A DNA stretch of 62,993 bases, the filler included, from Cladosporium halotolerans (Eukaryota), in NCBI RefSeq assembly GCF_011745625.1. It is 22 parts of 22 records of this genome, joined end to end, with 100 filler letters (N's around TTAATTAATTAA, not from the genome) between each part and the next. Parts side by side here need not be neighbours in the genome. Positions count along the whole stretch, not along the records: positions 1 to 2,943 come from NW_027191737.1; positions 3,044 to 5,977 come from NW_027191738.1; positions 6,078 to 8,986 come from NW_027191739.1; positions 9,087 to 11,975 come from NW_027191740.1; 18 more parts are not named here. The stretch is one strand, 5' to 3'. Below are positions 1 to 10,178 of this stretch, in pieces. The position numbers and the translations under genes were made by a program. Each line of letters starts with the position of its first letter. The first letter of the stretch is position 1. The notes beneath the pieces were generated by a model. That model was not told the origin of the DNA. It searched no databases and saw only the letters and a list, made by a program, of their open reading frames with translations.

Positions 1-59
1 CCACAAGGTGAGGATGCCTCGTGTGCCTCGGTGCCGTAGCCCCTCAAGAGGTAACTCAT

Positions 60-1202
60 CTACAACACAAAGCGTGAGCGAGGCCGTGAAGCAGACCCAA
101 TCGGTCTCCGTGCGCACAAAGTCTGCACTTTGTACCAGCCTTTTCGAAGACCACCGAGCTTCGGTTCGTCTTTGTCAGAGTCGCAATCGATCATCTCGTC
201 AGCTTCCACAGAGTAAGCCGGACTCGTCGAACGTGTCCCACACCGCAGTCTCCAATCCGTTTCGGGATCGACTTGAACAATGTCGGGCATGAAGGCCGGC
301 CGAAGCACCGCGGAAGACGCTGCGGTAGACAGGGCACCTTTCGATGCGTTCCCGTGAGCACCTGCCATTGAGAACGTCGGTCGAGGTCCCTCAAGAACAG
401 TTCCAGACGCCTCCAAGGTACTGTAGAAGTTGGTGGTCAGGTCTTGAGGTTTGGGCAGGTCGACGGCCCCACCGGAGCTGCGGCCCTCTGCGCATGTGAG
501 AGGACATCGAAGGGTACCGTGCCGATCAGCGTCGTCTTCGTGCTTGCGGGTGTTGAGATTTAGATCAAATGCGAAGCGCTTCTTCCACTTGGCCGAGAAT
601 GCTTGGTCGAAAAGCGTGCGAGAGAATGAGCTCCACGGTGCGGGCACACCAACTGGTTGTCGTCGTTTGCGGCATCTCCGGCAGCTATGGGCGTTGATGT
701 TCGACCGTGCCGATGTCGAAGCGCCATCGAAGTTCACTATCCCCTCTGCGGTCTCACGCCTTGTCCCATACCGGGGCACGTCTGGAGCTGCATCCACGTT
801 GCTGCACGGGCTTCGAAGCCGAACGCAGTACGCACACCTGTAAGCACGCCCAAGGACATCACAGCGACTGTCTCGGCGGTCGTCTCCGCACGTCATTTCC
901 GAATCGTGCTCGCAATGGGTGCAGTCTGCTCTTGCGTCTCGGCTCGCGGCGGTGTCGAGCCAGTGCATGCAGTTCGGACGGGCTTCTTCGGTCTCAGGAG
1001 AATCTCCTGCGCTTGGTTGCATTCGATGTAGGTCTACAGACCAACATCCTCCGCTCACGCGATCGAGGCTGCTTGGTGTGTCGTAGATAAGCGCATCAGG
1101 CGGGAGTAAAGCTGGACAAATTGCATGAATTGTTTTGGGCCTCGGGCGGCCGACCACGGATGCGCCGAACGTACCAAGTGTCATCGACAGTCCTGAATGC
1201 AT
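60..1202 (-). CDS. Hypothetical protein with a Cys cluster resembling a Zn(II)2Cys6 finger
   Basis: 380-aa ORF containing CTHC-x7-C ... CAYC-x6-C. The exon structure is not resolved. Confidence 0.25.
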   Translation of the reverse strand: MHSGLSMTLGTFGASVVGRPRPKTIHAICPALLPPDALIYDTPSSLDRVSGGCWSVDLHRMQPSAGDSPETEEARPNCMHWLDTAASRDARADCTHCEHDSEMTCGDDRRDSRCDVLGRAYRCAYCVRLRSPCSNVDAAPDVPRYGTRRETAEGIVNFDGASTSARSNINAHSCRRCRKRRQPVGVPAPWSSFSRTLFDQAFSAKWKKRFAFDLNLNTRKHEDDADRHGTLRCPLTCAEGRSSGGAVDLPKPQDLTTNFYSTLEASGTVLEGPRPTFSMAGAHGNASKGALSTAASSAVLRPAFMPDIVQVDPETDWRLRCGTRSTSPAYSVEADEMIDCDSDKDEPKLGGLRKGWYKVQTLCARRPIGSASRPRSRFVL

Positions 1203-1594
1203 GAAGAAGCGACGCGTCGAAAGAAGGTCCGCTGGAGACAGGTACCGAAGGGGTGGGGGGTGTTAAAGGAACCCCAAGATGACAGCTGAGGCGCGACCCC
1301 GTCCGACGAGGCATGCTGGAAGCCGGACGCGGTGGCAACGGCTCTCTTCAAAGACCCCATCACCCCACCACGGTGCCCCCATCATCGGCACTTCGACGTC
1401 ATTGTTCGGGCAGGCTCTCTCTCAATCCTTCTTTAGTACAACAACGTACGGACCAGCAGGAGTGGAATGCAGCTGGAGCAATCTTTCGCGATCAACACTG
1501 AACGTGACGGCCGGCGACCTTGCACTTCATCAAAGAAAGCGTCTCCGGCGAGCAGACTCGAAGACCCGCCGTCAAAGACCGCACCTTCAGAAGG

Positions 1595-2272
1595 ATGGCC
1601 GCCGTTCTCACCGCAGCAGTCGCAGTTTGGCGTGGGTACACCAACATGCCCGACTCGTCCGAACAGTCCCATCCAGGCCGGACTGATGTGTATGCTTCTA
1701 CGCATCACGCGATCCCACGAGCTGTTCCTCCGGGCCTTGCCGAGAGATTGTCTCCTACGAGCAAGGTCAAGACAGCACCGGAGCAACAGCCCTTGACTGA
1801 TCGTGAGCAGGTGCCGCGAACGGTCGCGGACCAACTCAGCAATGAAAACAGGCGCACTCGCGGTCCCTCCGTGACGACCATTCGCGCAAGGCTCGAGAGC
1901 CTAGAAACTCGATGCGATCTACTTGAGCAAGCGCTACAGCGGACGCGCCAGGAAGCCGCATGGGGCAACGTGGAAGTCGCAGCCTCCAGTCACAATGACG
2001 ACTCTCCAGACACGGACACGAGCGACATTGCCATCGACACGAACCATTGCCAGGCGGCAAATCCCAAAGGACGTCAGAGGCGCAAGTCTGCAAGATCTGC
2101 AAGATCAGGAAGCCCTTCGGCAGAGCAACTGCCTCACAAACCAGTGTCAAAAAACACGAGGAGGCAACGCCGCGTCACGGACCTCAATATCGACGGCAAC
2201 GAAAAATTGAGCTTACAAAGCGGAGGAAACACTCGTCGAAGGTTGCGGAGGTCGGTCAGTTGGCTGGGTTGA
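1595..2272 (+). CDS. Hypothetical protein with a short coiled coil and basic tail
   Basis: Open frame with the heptad-like segment IRARLESLETRCDLLEQALQRTRQE. No family recognised. Confidence 0.25.
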   Translation: MAAVLTAAVAVWRGYTNMPDSSEQSHPGRTDVYASTHHAIPRAVPPGLAERLSPTSKVKTAPEQQPLTDREQVPRTVADQLSNENRRTRGPSVTTIRARLESLETRCDLLEQALQRTRQEAAWGNVEVAASSHNDDSPDTDTSDIAIDTNHCQAANPKGRQRRKSARSARSGSPSAEQLPHKPVSKNTRRQRRVTDLNIDGNEKLSLQSGGNTRRRLRRSVSWLG

Positions 2273-2468
2273 CGCCGTCAGCGGCAAGGACGCCGTGCAC
2301 CTTCCCCGAGCATCAGGGAGACGGACTGACCTTCGATCGTAGCCATTCCGTGAAGATGGGAACGGCGTGTTTGTACTGGAGGACGGCCAGCAGTATCTTG
2401 CCTCACCACTCCATCTCGCGTGCGTCGGGCTTCGGGTTTTTTAGAGTAAATTACTGTAACACATTACA

Positions 2469-2811
2469 CAGTGCCTTGCAATATCGGCTTCACCCCCACA
2501 CTCTTCGCGCAACTTAGACGTCAGGGTCTCTTGGCCGGAAATAGATCGGAAGCGGGTCTCTCCGTACGCTTAACCCCTAAGTCTAGGCTAAAGACAGCTG
2601 TTCGAAGCGCTAAAACCCACGTGGGCATGACAAGTCTCCAGACTTTTGACAAGTCATTAGCGCGCAACGTATGACAACCAATGAATGGGCTTGTACGCAG
2701 AACGACCTACAGTAACAGACTTCCGGGCGCTGGCGTGCGGCTAACGTTATAACCGCGGACGAAGTTCGCAACAGAGAGAGTGTGGGGTGAAGGCGATATT
2801 GCAAGGCACTG
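2469..2811. mobile_element. MITE, Tc1/mariner type (343 bp)
   Basis: ~35-bp inverted termini: CAGTGCCTTGCAATATCGGCTTCACCCCCACACTCT and the reverse complement of 2777-2811, CAGTGCCTTGCAATATCGCCTTCACCCCACACTCT. Ends are CAGT; the right flank is TA and the left flank is CA. No coding capacity. Confidence 0.8.
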
Positions 2812-2943
2812 TATCAGCTTTCGTGTTGTACCACGCCATGACACTACCGCCTTCGAAAGCATCTTTTGCTCTTCTGTAGCCACCCGCCTCCATGGCACGC
2901 CGCGCGTGATCCCCATCGTCCCACAGGACGACAGGTTACAGGG

Positions 2944-3043
2944 NNNNNNNNNNNNNNNNNNNNNNNNNNNNNNNNNNNNNNNNNNNNTTAATTAATTAAN
3001 NNNNNNNNNNNNNNNNNNNNNNNNNNNNNNNNNNNNNNNNNNN
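2944..3043. other. Artificial contig linker N44-TTAATTAATTAA-N44 (first of 21)
   Basis: Identical 100-nt spacers with stops in all six frames start at 2944, 5978, 8987, 11976, 14955, 17919, 20824, 23725, 26592, 29450, 32304, 35153, 37999, 40841, 43669, 46458, 49232, 51996, 54758, 57515 and 60266. The contigs between them shrink steadily (2934, 2909, 2889 ... 2651 nt). Confidence 0.99.
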
Positions 3044-3142
3044 TCGGTCTAATCAAGCAAGCAAGCAAGCACAGGACCCCATATCAAGCAAGCAAGCGGA
3101 TGGACCTCAAGCATGGCGCTTGCTTGCTTGTGGACACCACTG
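3044..3142 (-). mobile_element. hAT-like transposon terminus
   Basis: The minus strand starts CAGTGGTGTCCACAAGCAAGCAAGC. CAAG/CTTG subterminal repeats occur in both orientations, and the contig breaks inside the element. Confidence 0.65.
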
Positions 3143-4986
3143 AACGCGAGGACCTGCATCAGAACCCAATTTCTGGAGGGCTAGATAGGCCTCTGGAAAG
3201 GAGGGAACGGATGGGGAGACCAACAGCGGATAGCTTCAAGCTTAACAGTCGATACCTAAAACGTGAGCACGTCTTCAGCAGGCTGGGAAGCACTGGAAAT
3301 GAACGGTATCCCAGTACTTTCTTGTTTTGGAGGGACATTGCTCAGTGCTGCTGGCGAACAGAGGCCAGATGGGTGCTTGCTCCGGCTCATCAGGAATACA
3401 ACAATGCGTCCAACTATAATGACCGAAGAGCACGGGCTCAAGATGAAGATCAACGTAAGCGCCAAAGACGTCGCCGCATACGAGAGGATGGCATCGGAGC
3501 AGAACTGACAAAACAACGAGCTATGGCTCGCAATGCACAGCATCGCGGGTCAGAACCAAGGGCAAGGAGATTGGCCGAAGGTGTAGGCACGTCAGTCTTG
3601 ACACCGCGCACCCAAGAAACCTGCGAAGGGAGCGTTTCAGTTCTGGAGGACTCTATTCAAAAGTTTCTCAGAGATGTTCCAGAAACATCTTCACAAAACT
3701 CGCAGCTCAGCGGCAGCGACGACGAAAAGATGGAAGATAAACAATCAGACCATGCTGCAGAGGATCATCTCGGCCCATCGTCAAGCTCCGTAGAGAATTT
3801 GGGGCGGAAAGATGGGGAGGAACTGTTCCGAAGGCGATCAGAAGGCCCATGTACTGGAAGATATCACCTACTAAACCTCGAAGGTGATAGGGACGAGATG
3901 AGATTTTCTGTCGAACCTCTGAAACCGAAAGCCAGACATTCTACTGACAGCTTGGAACGGTCTTTGTGTTCTCAACGCGACGCTGTTGGGGCGGGTGATG
4001 CAGCACAAGACCAAGTCCATAGCGAACAAGAGATATTCGAGGATGATGACAATAAGACAGGAGATGTCATCGCTGATTATCTACACTCGGGCGCCAACGA
4101 CGAATGTGCCCCAATCTCCCGGACATCGTCGGTATACTCCTTCGAAGAAGACTCAATCAACGAAGCCAGACGGGTAGAGTCTCATACCCTGAACGATTTT
4201 GCAGCGCTCAAAGAGTATGGACTGAACAGTGAGACGCCAAAAGATGAGAGTGCTACTGGTGATGAAAATCAGAATCTGGAACTGCGTAAGCGCGATAAAG
4301 ACAAAGCCGCCACGGAAGACAGTGTGAGGATCCCACAGCGTCCACCGCAGGTCTTTAGACAAGAAGATATTGCAGATCGTACAGTTGAAACTCCGATGAT
4401 CCTTATAAGGCCTGCTAGCTTCGATAGTGCTACAGCACAGGATCCAGGGACATTCACGAAGCAGAGTGATAGAGGATTGCCCGAGCCAGAGAGGCCTGAA
4501 GCGAGCGGAAGCACGCTCTTGGGGCCCGACCCTAACAGGCCGATAACTCAGATATTCCTGAGCTCAGAATTTGACCCGATAGGTAACAGAGGTAAACAGA
4601 AAGGGGCCATCGTCAGTGAAACACAGACACCAGCCAGGGATCGCGTTCCTTCTGCGGCCCTTGAAGTCGACAAGAGTAGCAAAGAGCAATCCGAAAGTGC
4701 AGAGTCAAAGCAGAAGGATTACGTTCCATTGACAAGATCCGAGATGAATCTATCATCGGTGGAGCATGGGTCTCAAAGTGGGTCTCAAAGTGGACACAAT
4801 TTGCTGCATCAACATCTCAATAGCCCGAACGCAGATGGAGCATCGAGCTCGGGGCCTCAAAGCAACCGATTGACTCAGATTGCCTTGAGGGAGGGCATTA
4901 CTCCCCTGGGCCTGACAGATATGGCTGGTAAGAAGCGAAAGCGTAAAGAAAACGAAGGCTTCAAGTTCAAGCCTCGACGTCAGTAG
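3143..4986 (+). CDS. Hypothetical disordered protein with a C-terminal NLS-like motif; the 5' end abuts the hAT terminus
   Basis: >600 open codons rich in S/E/D/Q, ending GKKRKRKENEGFKFKPRRQ. No domain recognised. Confidence 0.35.
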
Positions 4987-5420
4987 TAAAAGGTTAGCTA
5001 AATGCGTGTGATACCATCATGCGTCGGTATTTCCAACTCGAATCTTTCGATGGTGCATCAGACCTCATGGTCCTTGAAAAGAGCGTTGCTGTCGCTTACG
5101 AATGTGAGAGCGCAATGCAGTCGACCACGGCACTATGTGCAGCACACAGTATGTATCAGATCAGATAACGTTACTGTAACTGACGTTAGCTCGATAATTT
5201 AACAATTGTGCAGCTGGAGAGTTCCACGTGTTGAAAGCTGAGGATGCTCAGACCCCTAGCTTCACCTACCTCCTCCTCATGAGCACTGAAGGCTGGGATG
5301 CAGGGACACCCAGCCTCTCCAGCCTCTCAGCCTTGAGAGAATGCTGGTATATGTACTCACCTCCTGTCTGCTCAGATAGCTAAAACAATCCAATTTCATC
5401 TATTATTGTTAATACCACGG

Positions 5421-5977
5421 TTTTTTTTTGGTTTTTTTGTAATCATATTGTATACAAGCTGTTCAGCTTATGACAAGCCCGGGCTAATCTCTAGACGAAT
5501 CTCTTGGTCTTCTATCTGTGCTCCTGCGTTGGTGTCATTCCTTCGATCCTGCTCGCCATCCCGACTTAGTCAAGTCGCCACGGGTTTTGGGCTCAGCGCC
5601 CTCATACTAGCTTGTCTTTGGTTTTGCCACATCCTCTCTCGCCGTCTGCACTCATCTCGCCTCCTCCCTGCTAAAGTTTTCTCTCATCGTCCGTGTCCCC
5701 CCGGTCGAGCAGACCAATGTCCCACTCGTCGATCTCTTGTGTGTTGTTCGCCTCTGTCTTTTCGCCGACTGCTGTGCACTCGATGAAACGCAATACTGCC
5801 TCGACCGCTGTCTCCCCGAACAGGGCCAGTAGGTCTTGCTCATTCCTTCTAGCCGATATCTTGATCTTCTTCGCTTCGAGGGCACGCAGCATCTGCTCTC
5901 GCTCTCTTCTCCATTTGCGACACTTGAGCATCAGATGTGCCACGCTCTGTCTGCTGTCATCACACCACCAGCATCGG
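5421..5977 (-). mobile_element. Tad1-like LINE 3' end (ORF2 C-terminus 5977-5671, 3' UTR, poly(A))
   Basis: RCWWCDDSRQSVAHLMLKCRKWRREREQML is a CCHC finger close to the end of the RT ORF at 29550-29650. An A-rich tail lies at 5421-5438. Confidence 0.9.
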
Positions 5978-6077
5978 NNNNNNNNNNNNNNNNNNNNNNN
6001 NNNNNNNNNNNNNNNNNNNNNTTAATTAATTAANNNNNNNNNNNNNNNNNNNNNNNNNNNNNNNNNNNNNNNNNNNN

Positions 6078-6176
6078 GCTTGCTACTCTCAAGCTCAAGC
6101 AATCAAGCAAGCCCAGTCAGTCAATCAATCAAGCATATAGTTCCCGCTTGAGCTTGATTGATTGTGCAGAAGTCTG
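6078..6176 (-). mobile_element. hAT-like transposon terminus
   Basis: The minus strand starts CAGACTTCTGCACAATCAATCAAGC, with CAAT/CAAG subterminal repeats in both orientations. Confidence 0.6.
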
Positions 6177-7239
6177 GCTAGACGAGAGTCTGTTTGACCG
6201 CCTGTCATCCATCGTTATCAGCTGATTGTGATGAAGGCGCTGGAGTATAGAATCTCCAGCACTGTTAAACTACCTGCCTGGCAAAGTGTGCCTTCATTTA
6301 AGCTCCATGTGAAAGTGACGTGAAATGACAAACAAGCCTTGCAAAACAAAGCTGACTGGTCCCTCGCTTTGACAAGGAAAAGGGACCTCTGATTACGTGA
6401 GGAAATAAACAAAGCATTTCGTTTGCTTTGCGCGCTTTGTCTGTGGACCAGTCTGACTCAACTTCGACAGCAAGTCCGATCGTCAGCCCATACCATGACA
6501 ACACCCTCTCCTGTCCTCGGAGAAACCGTGCCACAGTCCCACCACAATGACCGGACAACTAAGTTAACCAACTTTCGGTCGCGCCTCGCAACCAGCTACA
6601 TCGAACGCATGTGTCCCGACTTCGCCAACGGCCGCACCTCACCCTCAGCCACCACCTGTGTAAAGTTAACCAAACACCACGACCAAACCTCCCGATCCTC
6701 ACCACCAAGGTAGCTCCGGCAGCCCTGACTACTTCTCCTAACCTATAACGTACTTCACGGGGTACTTGGTCGGTCGGTGAAGTTGGCCAGAATTCAGCCA
6801 AGATTTGACATAACTGTTCGCATTTGTACACAGCCGTTTCACAACGCCCGACGCTGCGGCCTCCCTTGGAGCTCGGGAGACATCAGCTTGATGATTCCTG
6901 CGGCCCTCGCTCGGCTCCTCATACCCCTCCTGAAACCAGCGCCACCGACTGATACGCGTTGACCGTACACTAGAACTATTGTTTCGACCGTGCATGGGCC
7001 GTGGGGGCCAATTCAGTGTGGTCCAGTTGTTGAAGGCTGTGTCCGCACGAGCACTTTACATGACGCCTCCCGCGAGCGCAAGAGTCAGGACGATCCTGAC
7101 TTGGAATTTCGACCGTCTGTTGCCGGAATAAGTTATACTGCAGGAAATAGCGTGAAGAAACGCTAATTTGGAAAATGTAATAGTGGTAACGTCACTGATG
7201 GGGAAGCGGGACACAAATTTAGGTTCTCTCTACGTAAAT

Positions 7240-7520
7240 TTATCTACGCGCCGCTACAACGATACCGTCGTCTTCAGAATCTGTAGCAATATTCTCGATT
7301 ACGTCCTCTTCCTCGTATTCGATTTCGAGATAGTACGGTTAGTACGGCGGCTCTTATTCGACTTTGATTTTGACGCTTCAGCTTCAGCTCTTTTGACTGC
7401 CTCGAGGATTTCCTTTGTATTAAAGATGAATTTACCCTTTAAGGCAAGGCGCTTCCCTTTTTTACGTTCCTTACGTACCCGTAAAAGCTCCCCTTGCTCG
7501 GTATTCTCCTAACGTAGAAG
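7240..7520 (-). pseudogene. Degenerate Fot1/pogo transposase C-terminal fragment
   Basis: LLR*ENTEQGELLRVRKERKKGKRLALKGKFIFNTKEILE...DGIVVAARR* parallels the C-terminus of 10241-10850 (RKKRKTGERVMLQNKFVFSTPEEIL...VIVVARP). It has an in-frame stop and a frameshift, and looks TpA-rich. Confidence 0.75.
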
Positions 7521-8789
7521 GATTTGATTTGATTGATTTGATTATGTCCTACTCGGTTTCAGCCGTCTTTCCCAGCAGCTATGCCCGGTGGAGGAGGGCG
7601 CGGCAGACAGCCGACGCGTCCGTGCGCGGCCTCCGCCGTATTGGCCAAGGTGGCGCAGTTCAGCAAGACCTGTCATTGTGAAGGTCGGCATCGAGCCGCA
7701 GAGCGCGCGGCATCCGTCGTCCCGGCCACAGTGACGACGGTAGGCCATGCTAGCTCCTACGGGGGGCAGCACCCAGCCACGGGGCGCGTAGCCTCCATTG
7801 TATTGGCCGAGATGGCGGTCCTCAGTCAGGCCTGCCATCGTGAATGGTGGCATCGAGCGTCGGCAAGCGCAGTTCCCGGCACCTCGGCCAGTTTACAGTA
7901 CTGTGGCGCCAGGAACTAAGGCCTGTGAGGTAGAGTCCCGCCATTGACCTCGCTGCCTGCTATTTCCTAGCCAAAGTGACGCTCCAGGCCCAGGTCTGCC
8001 GTTTCCGAGAGTCACGCCGCATGCTCGGGTTCGTCCGACGTCAAGTTGCAAACCGGAGGTAACCTTGCCAGGTCTTTTGCAGATGCCCTTGACGAGTCGG
8101 CCTCAGACCATCCTATTGGGACCGGTGGTCTGGTGCGGCCCGTGACGCACGTCCAAGTCCTCGATGCCCGCTTGGAGTTCCGAATGTTGATCACATCGCT
8201 GACCTTTAGACTGGCTGGCGCGCATCCTGTCGTCAATTTCAGCAGGAGTACCAGTCACGCTCCAGCGGGGTAGACGGCCCGAAAGCTTCGTGACTAGTAC
8301 TGCTACATGTTCCTTTTGAACCTGCCTCATGCGTGGCATCTTGTGCGAGTCCACTCACCAGCGTGTAGAGGTCGTCCTGACTCAAGCGCTGGGATTGAAA
8401 GGGACTCTTGTAGCACCACGTTGGGTTGGCCTTCAGTCCAAAGTTCTGGCGCGACAGTAAGCAGGTCTGGACCCCAATCACTTACACAGTACTCCACTAC
8501 GCTTCACATTCTTGACTAAAGCTTCAGTAAGATTGCTTCCCCGCCACGTTCGACCAGACCCGCTGAGGCAGCAAGCAGGTCCAGGCCCCCCGCATCCAGC
8601 CCTGACCCACCAGACGGCTTGGCTTATGTTCCAGCACTATCGATTGTGGAATCACTGTCCAGGATTGCATCGTCTTTCTGATTAATCCCTACGCGGCAGA
8701 TGCCGTCACCAAGTCCTAAGCCAAATCGAGTCCGAGCTTAATTGCATGCGGCTTGAAGCCAAGGTGCGGAAGCTGCCGCGCGCGGAGTT
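7521..8789 (-). mobile_element. Non-coding ~1.27-kb retroposon-like element with an (AAATC)n tail and a candidate 6-bp TSD
   Basis: 7926-8790 aligns with the reverse complement of 51058-51995. The minus strand ends in AATCAAATCAATCAAATCAAATC. TAGAAG flanks both ends (7515-7520, 8790-8795). An imperfect internal duplication has a 162-bp period (7629/7791). Confidence 0.6.
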
Positions 8790-8880
8790 TAGAAGTCTTC
8801 CCCACTTCAAGCACGGACACACTTCAAGCACGCTCGACGCGACCCCGACGCGCTCTCTTGCTCGCGCGATAATTCGACAA

Positions 8881-8986
8881 TTTTTTTTTTTTTTTTTTTT
8901 AAATCATACTGCATTCAAGCTAAATAGCTTATGGCACGTCGACTATCTTCGCGACGATCTCTATGGCTTCTATGTTTGCTCTCGCC
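8881..8986 (-). mobile_element. LINE 3' UTR end with poly(A)20
   Basis: T20 at 8881-8900. The pre-tail motif CATAAGCT-N4-AGCTTG..TATGATT is shared with the LINE end at 5441-5472. Confidence 0.75.
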
Positions 8987-9086
8987 NNNNNNNNNNNNNN
9001 NNNNNNNNNNNNNNNNNNNNNNNNNNNNNNTTAATTAATTAANNNNNNNNNNNNNNNNNNNNNNNNNNNNNNNNNNNNNNNNNNNN

Positions 9087-10006
9087 GAACAGCCCTAGCG
9101 TCTTGATAGAAGATAGCGATCATGGGTATGGATTCGTCAGGCACAATCCACGCCCAGCAAAGCCGCGCAGCAACGGCCTCACCGAAATACGTGGACCTTA
9201 CTATTCCGCCATGGGAAAAAATTACCTTTCCGACGTTCTCGAGACGATGGGTCACCATGTAGATGGGCTCAAATTTGCCGGAGGTAGTTTCAGTCTGTTC
9301 CCGGAGGTCAAGCTTAGGGAGCTCATCGACATGGCTCACGAGCATGGGGTGTATGTGTCCACAGGTGGATGGCTGGAACACGTGCTCACTCAAGGGAGGA
9401 ACAACGCTGTCGACAGGTACTTGGAAAAGTGCAAAGACCTTGGGTAGGGACACCTATGCCCACGCCTTGCGGTCGATAATGAGATGCCCCGCTAACACAC
9501 ACTGCTCTAGCTTCGATGTACTAGAGGTCTCATCCGGATTCCTTTCTCTGCCTCAAGATGACTGGCTCCGCCTCGTCGATCGCGTGCACAAAGTTGGTCT
9601 CAAAGCCAAGCCTGAGCTTGGCATTCAGTTTGGCGCTGGTGGCGATACCGCAGCTACCGATCTCGAATCGATCGGCACGGCTGATCCGAGTCGTGTCACA
9701 GCCATGGCGAAACGGTTCATCGATGCTGGCGTCGAGCTAATGATGATCGAGTCTGAAGGAATTACGGAGAACGTGAAATCGTGGCGGACAGATGCGATCC
9801 AAAGCATCTTATGCGACGTACCGATGGAAAGGGTAATGTTCGAAGCAGCTGATCCGGCAGTGTTCAATTGGTATGTAAGGGAGTTCGGCGTTGATGTTAA
9901 TCTGTTTGTGGATCACTCGCAGATTGTCCAGTTGAGTTGTTTGAGAGCAGGAATCTGGGGCATGGCAGACACGTTCGGCAAGATCGCGACGTTTAGGCCC
10001 GCGTGA
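9087..10006 (+). CDS. Phosphosulfolactate synthase-like protein (ComA/HSA32 family), 5'-truncated; intron 9444-9510
   Basis: Motifs KPRSNGLTEIRGPYY, DGLKFAGGSF, GVYVSTGGW, GFDVLEVSSGF, KPELG, MIESEGITE, MFEAADP and VNLFVDHSQIVQL. The intron GTAGGG...GCTAAC...CTAG restores the frame. Confidence 0.92.
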
Positions 10007-10178
10007 ATCAGCTATGGCCGCATGTAGGGCAGCTCAAGATATGTAATCCGTGTTCAGCTCCACCGGCTAGTTACGTCAAAAAATGTCTTGCGTGATAGCT
10101 CAAGATGATTGCAGGAAGGGACTAAGCCCGTATCAAGTGATTGGACTAAGGTCATTGAACAAGACTACGGCTAGTATA

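Noticed and set aside
2988..2999. TTAATTAATTAA recurring every ~2.8 kb as a biological repeat, and ORFs ending in X...LIN
   Set aside because: It is a synthetic linker inside N runs; ORFs that extend into it are artefacts.
5210..5420. Possible decayed hAT end with CAGCCT/AGGCTG motifs
   Set aside because: No second copy or clear TIR supports it.
7790..7992. HDV-like ribozyme on the minus strand (CCA-TTCACGA-TGG-CAGGCCT-GA...CCAA, possible P1 GGGCCTG upstream)
   Set aside because: The P2 helix cannot form, and the duplicated unit does not keep P3 pairing.
8765..8795. Helitron 3' end (GC palindrome before the boundary)
   Set aside because: There is no CTRR terminus, and the tail plus TSD at the other end fit a retroposon better.
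8640..8800. Peptide ...ALSQIEFEL.CMRL.A.VRKLPRAE as a conserved gene in the three repeat copies
   Set aside because: It is frameshifted in two of three copies with no consistent longer ORF. Nucleotide repeat homology explains it, though a coding ancestry is not excluded.
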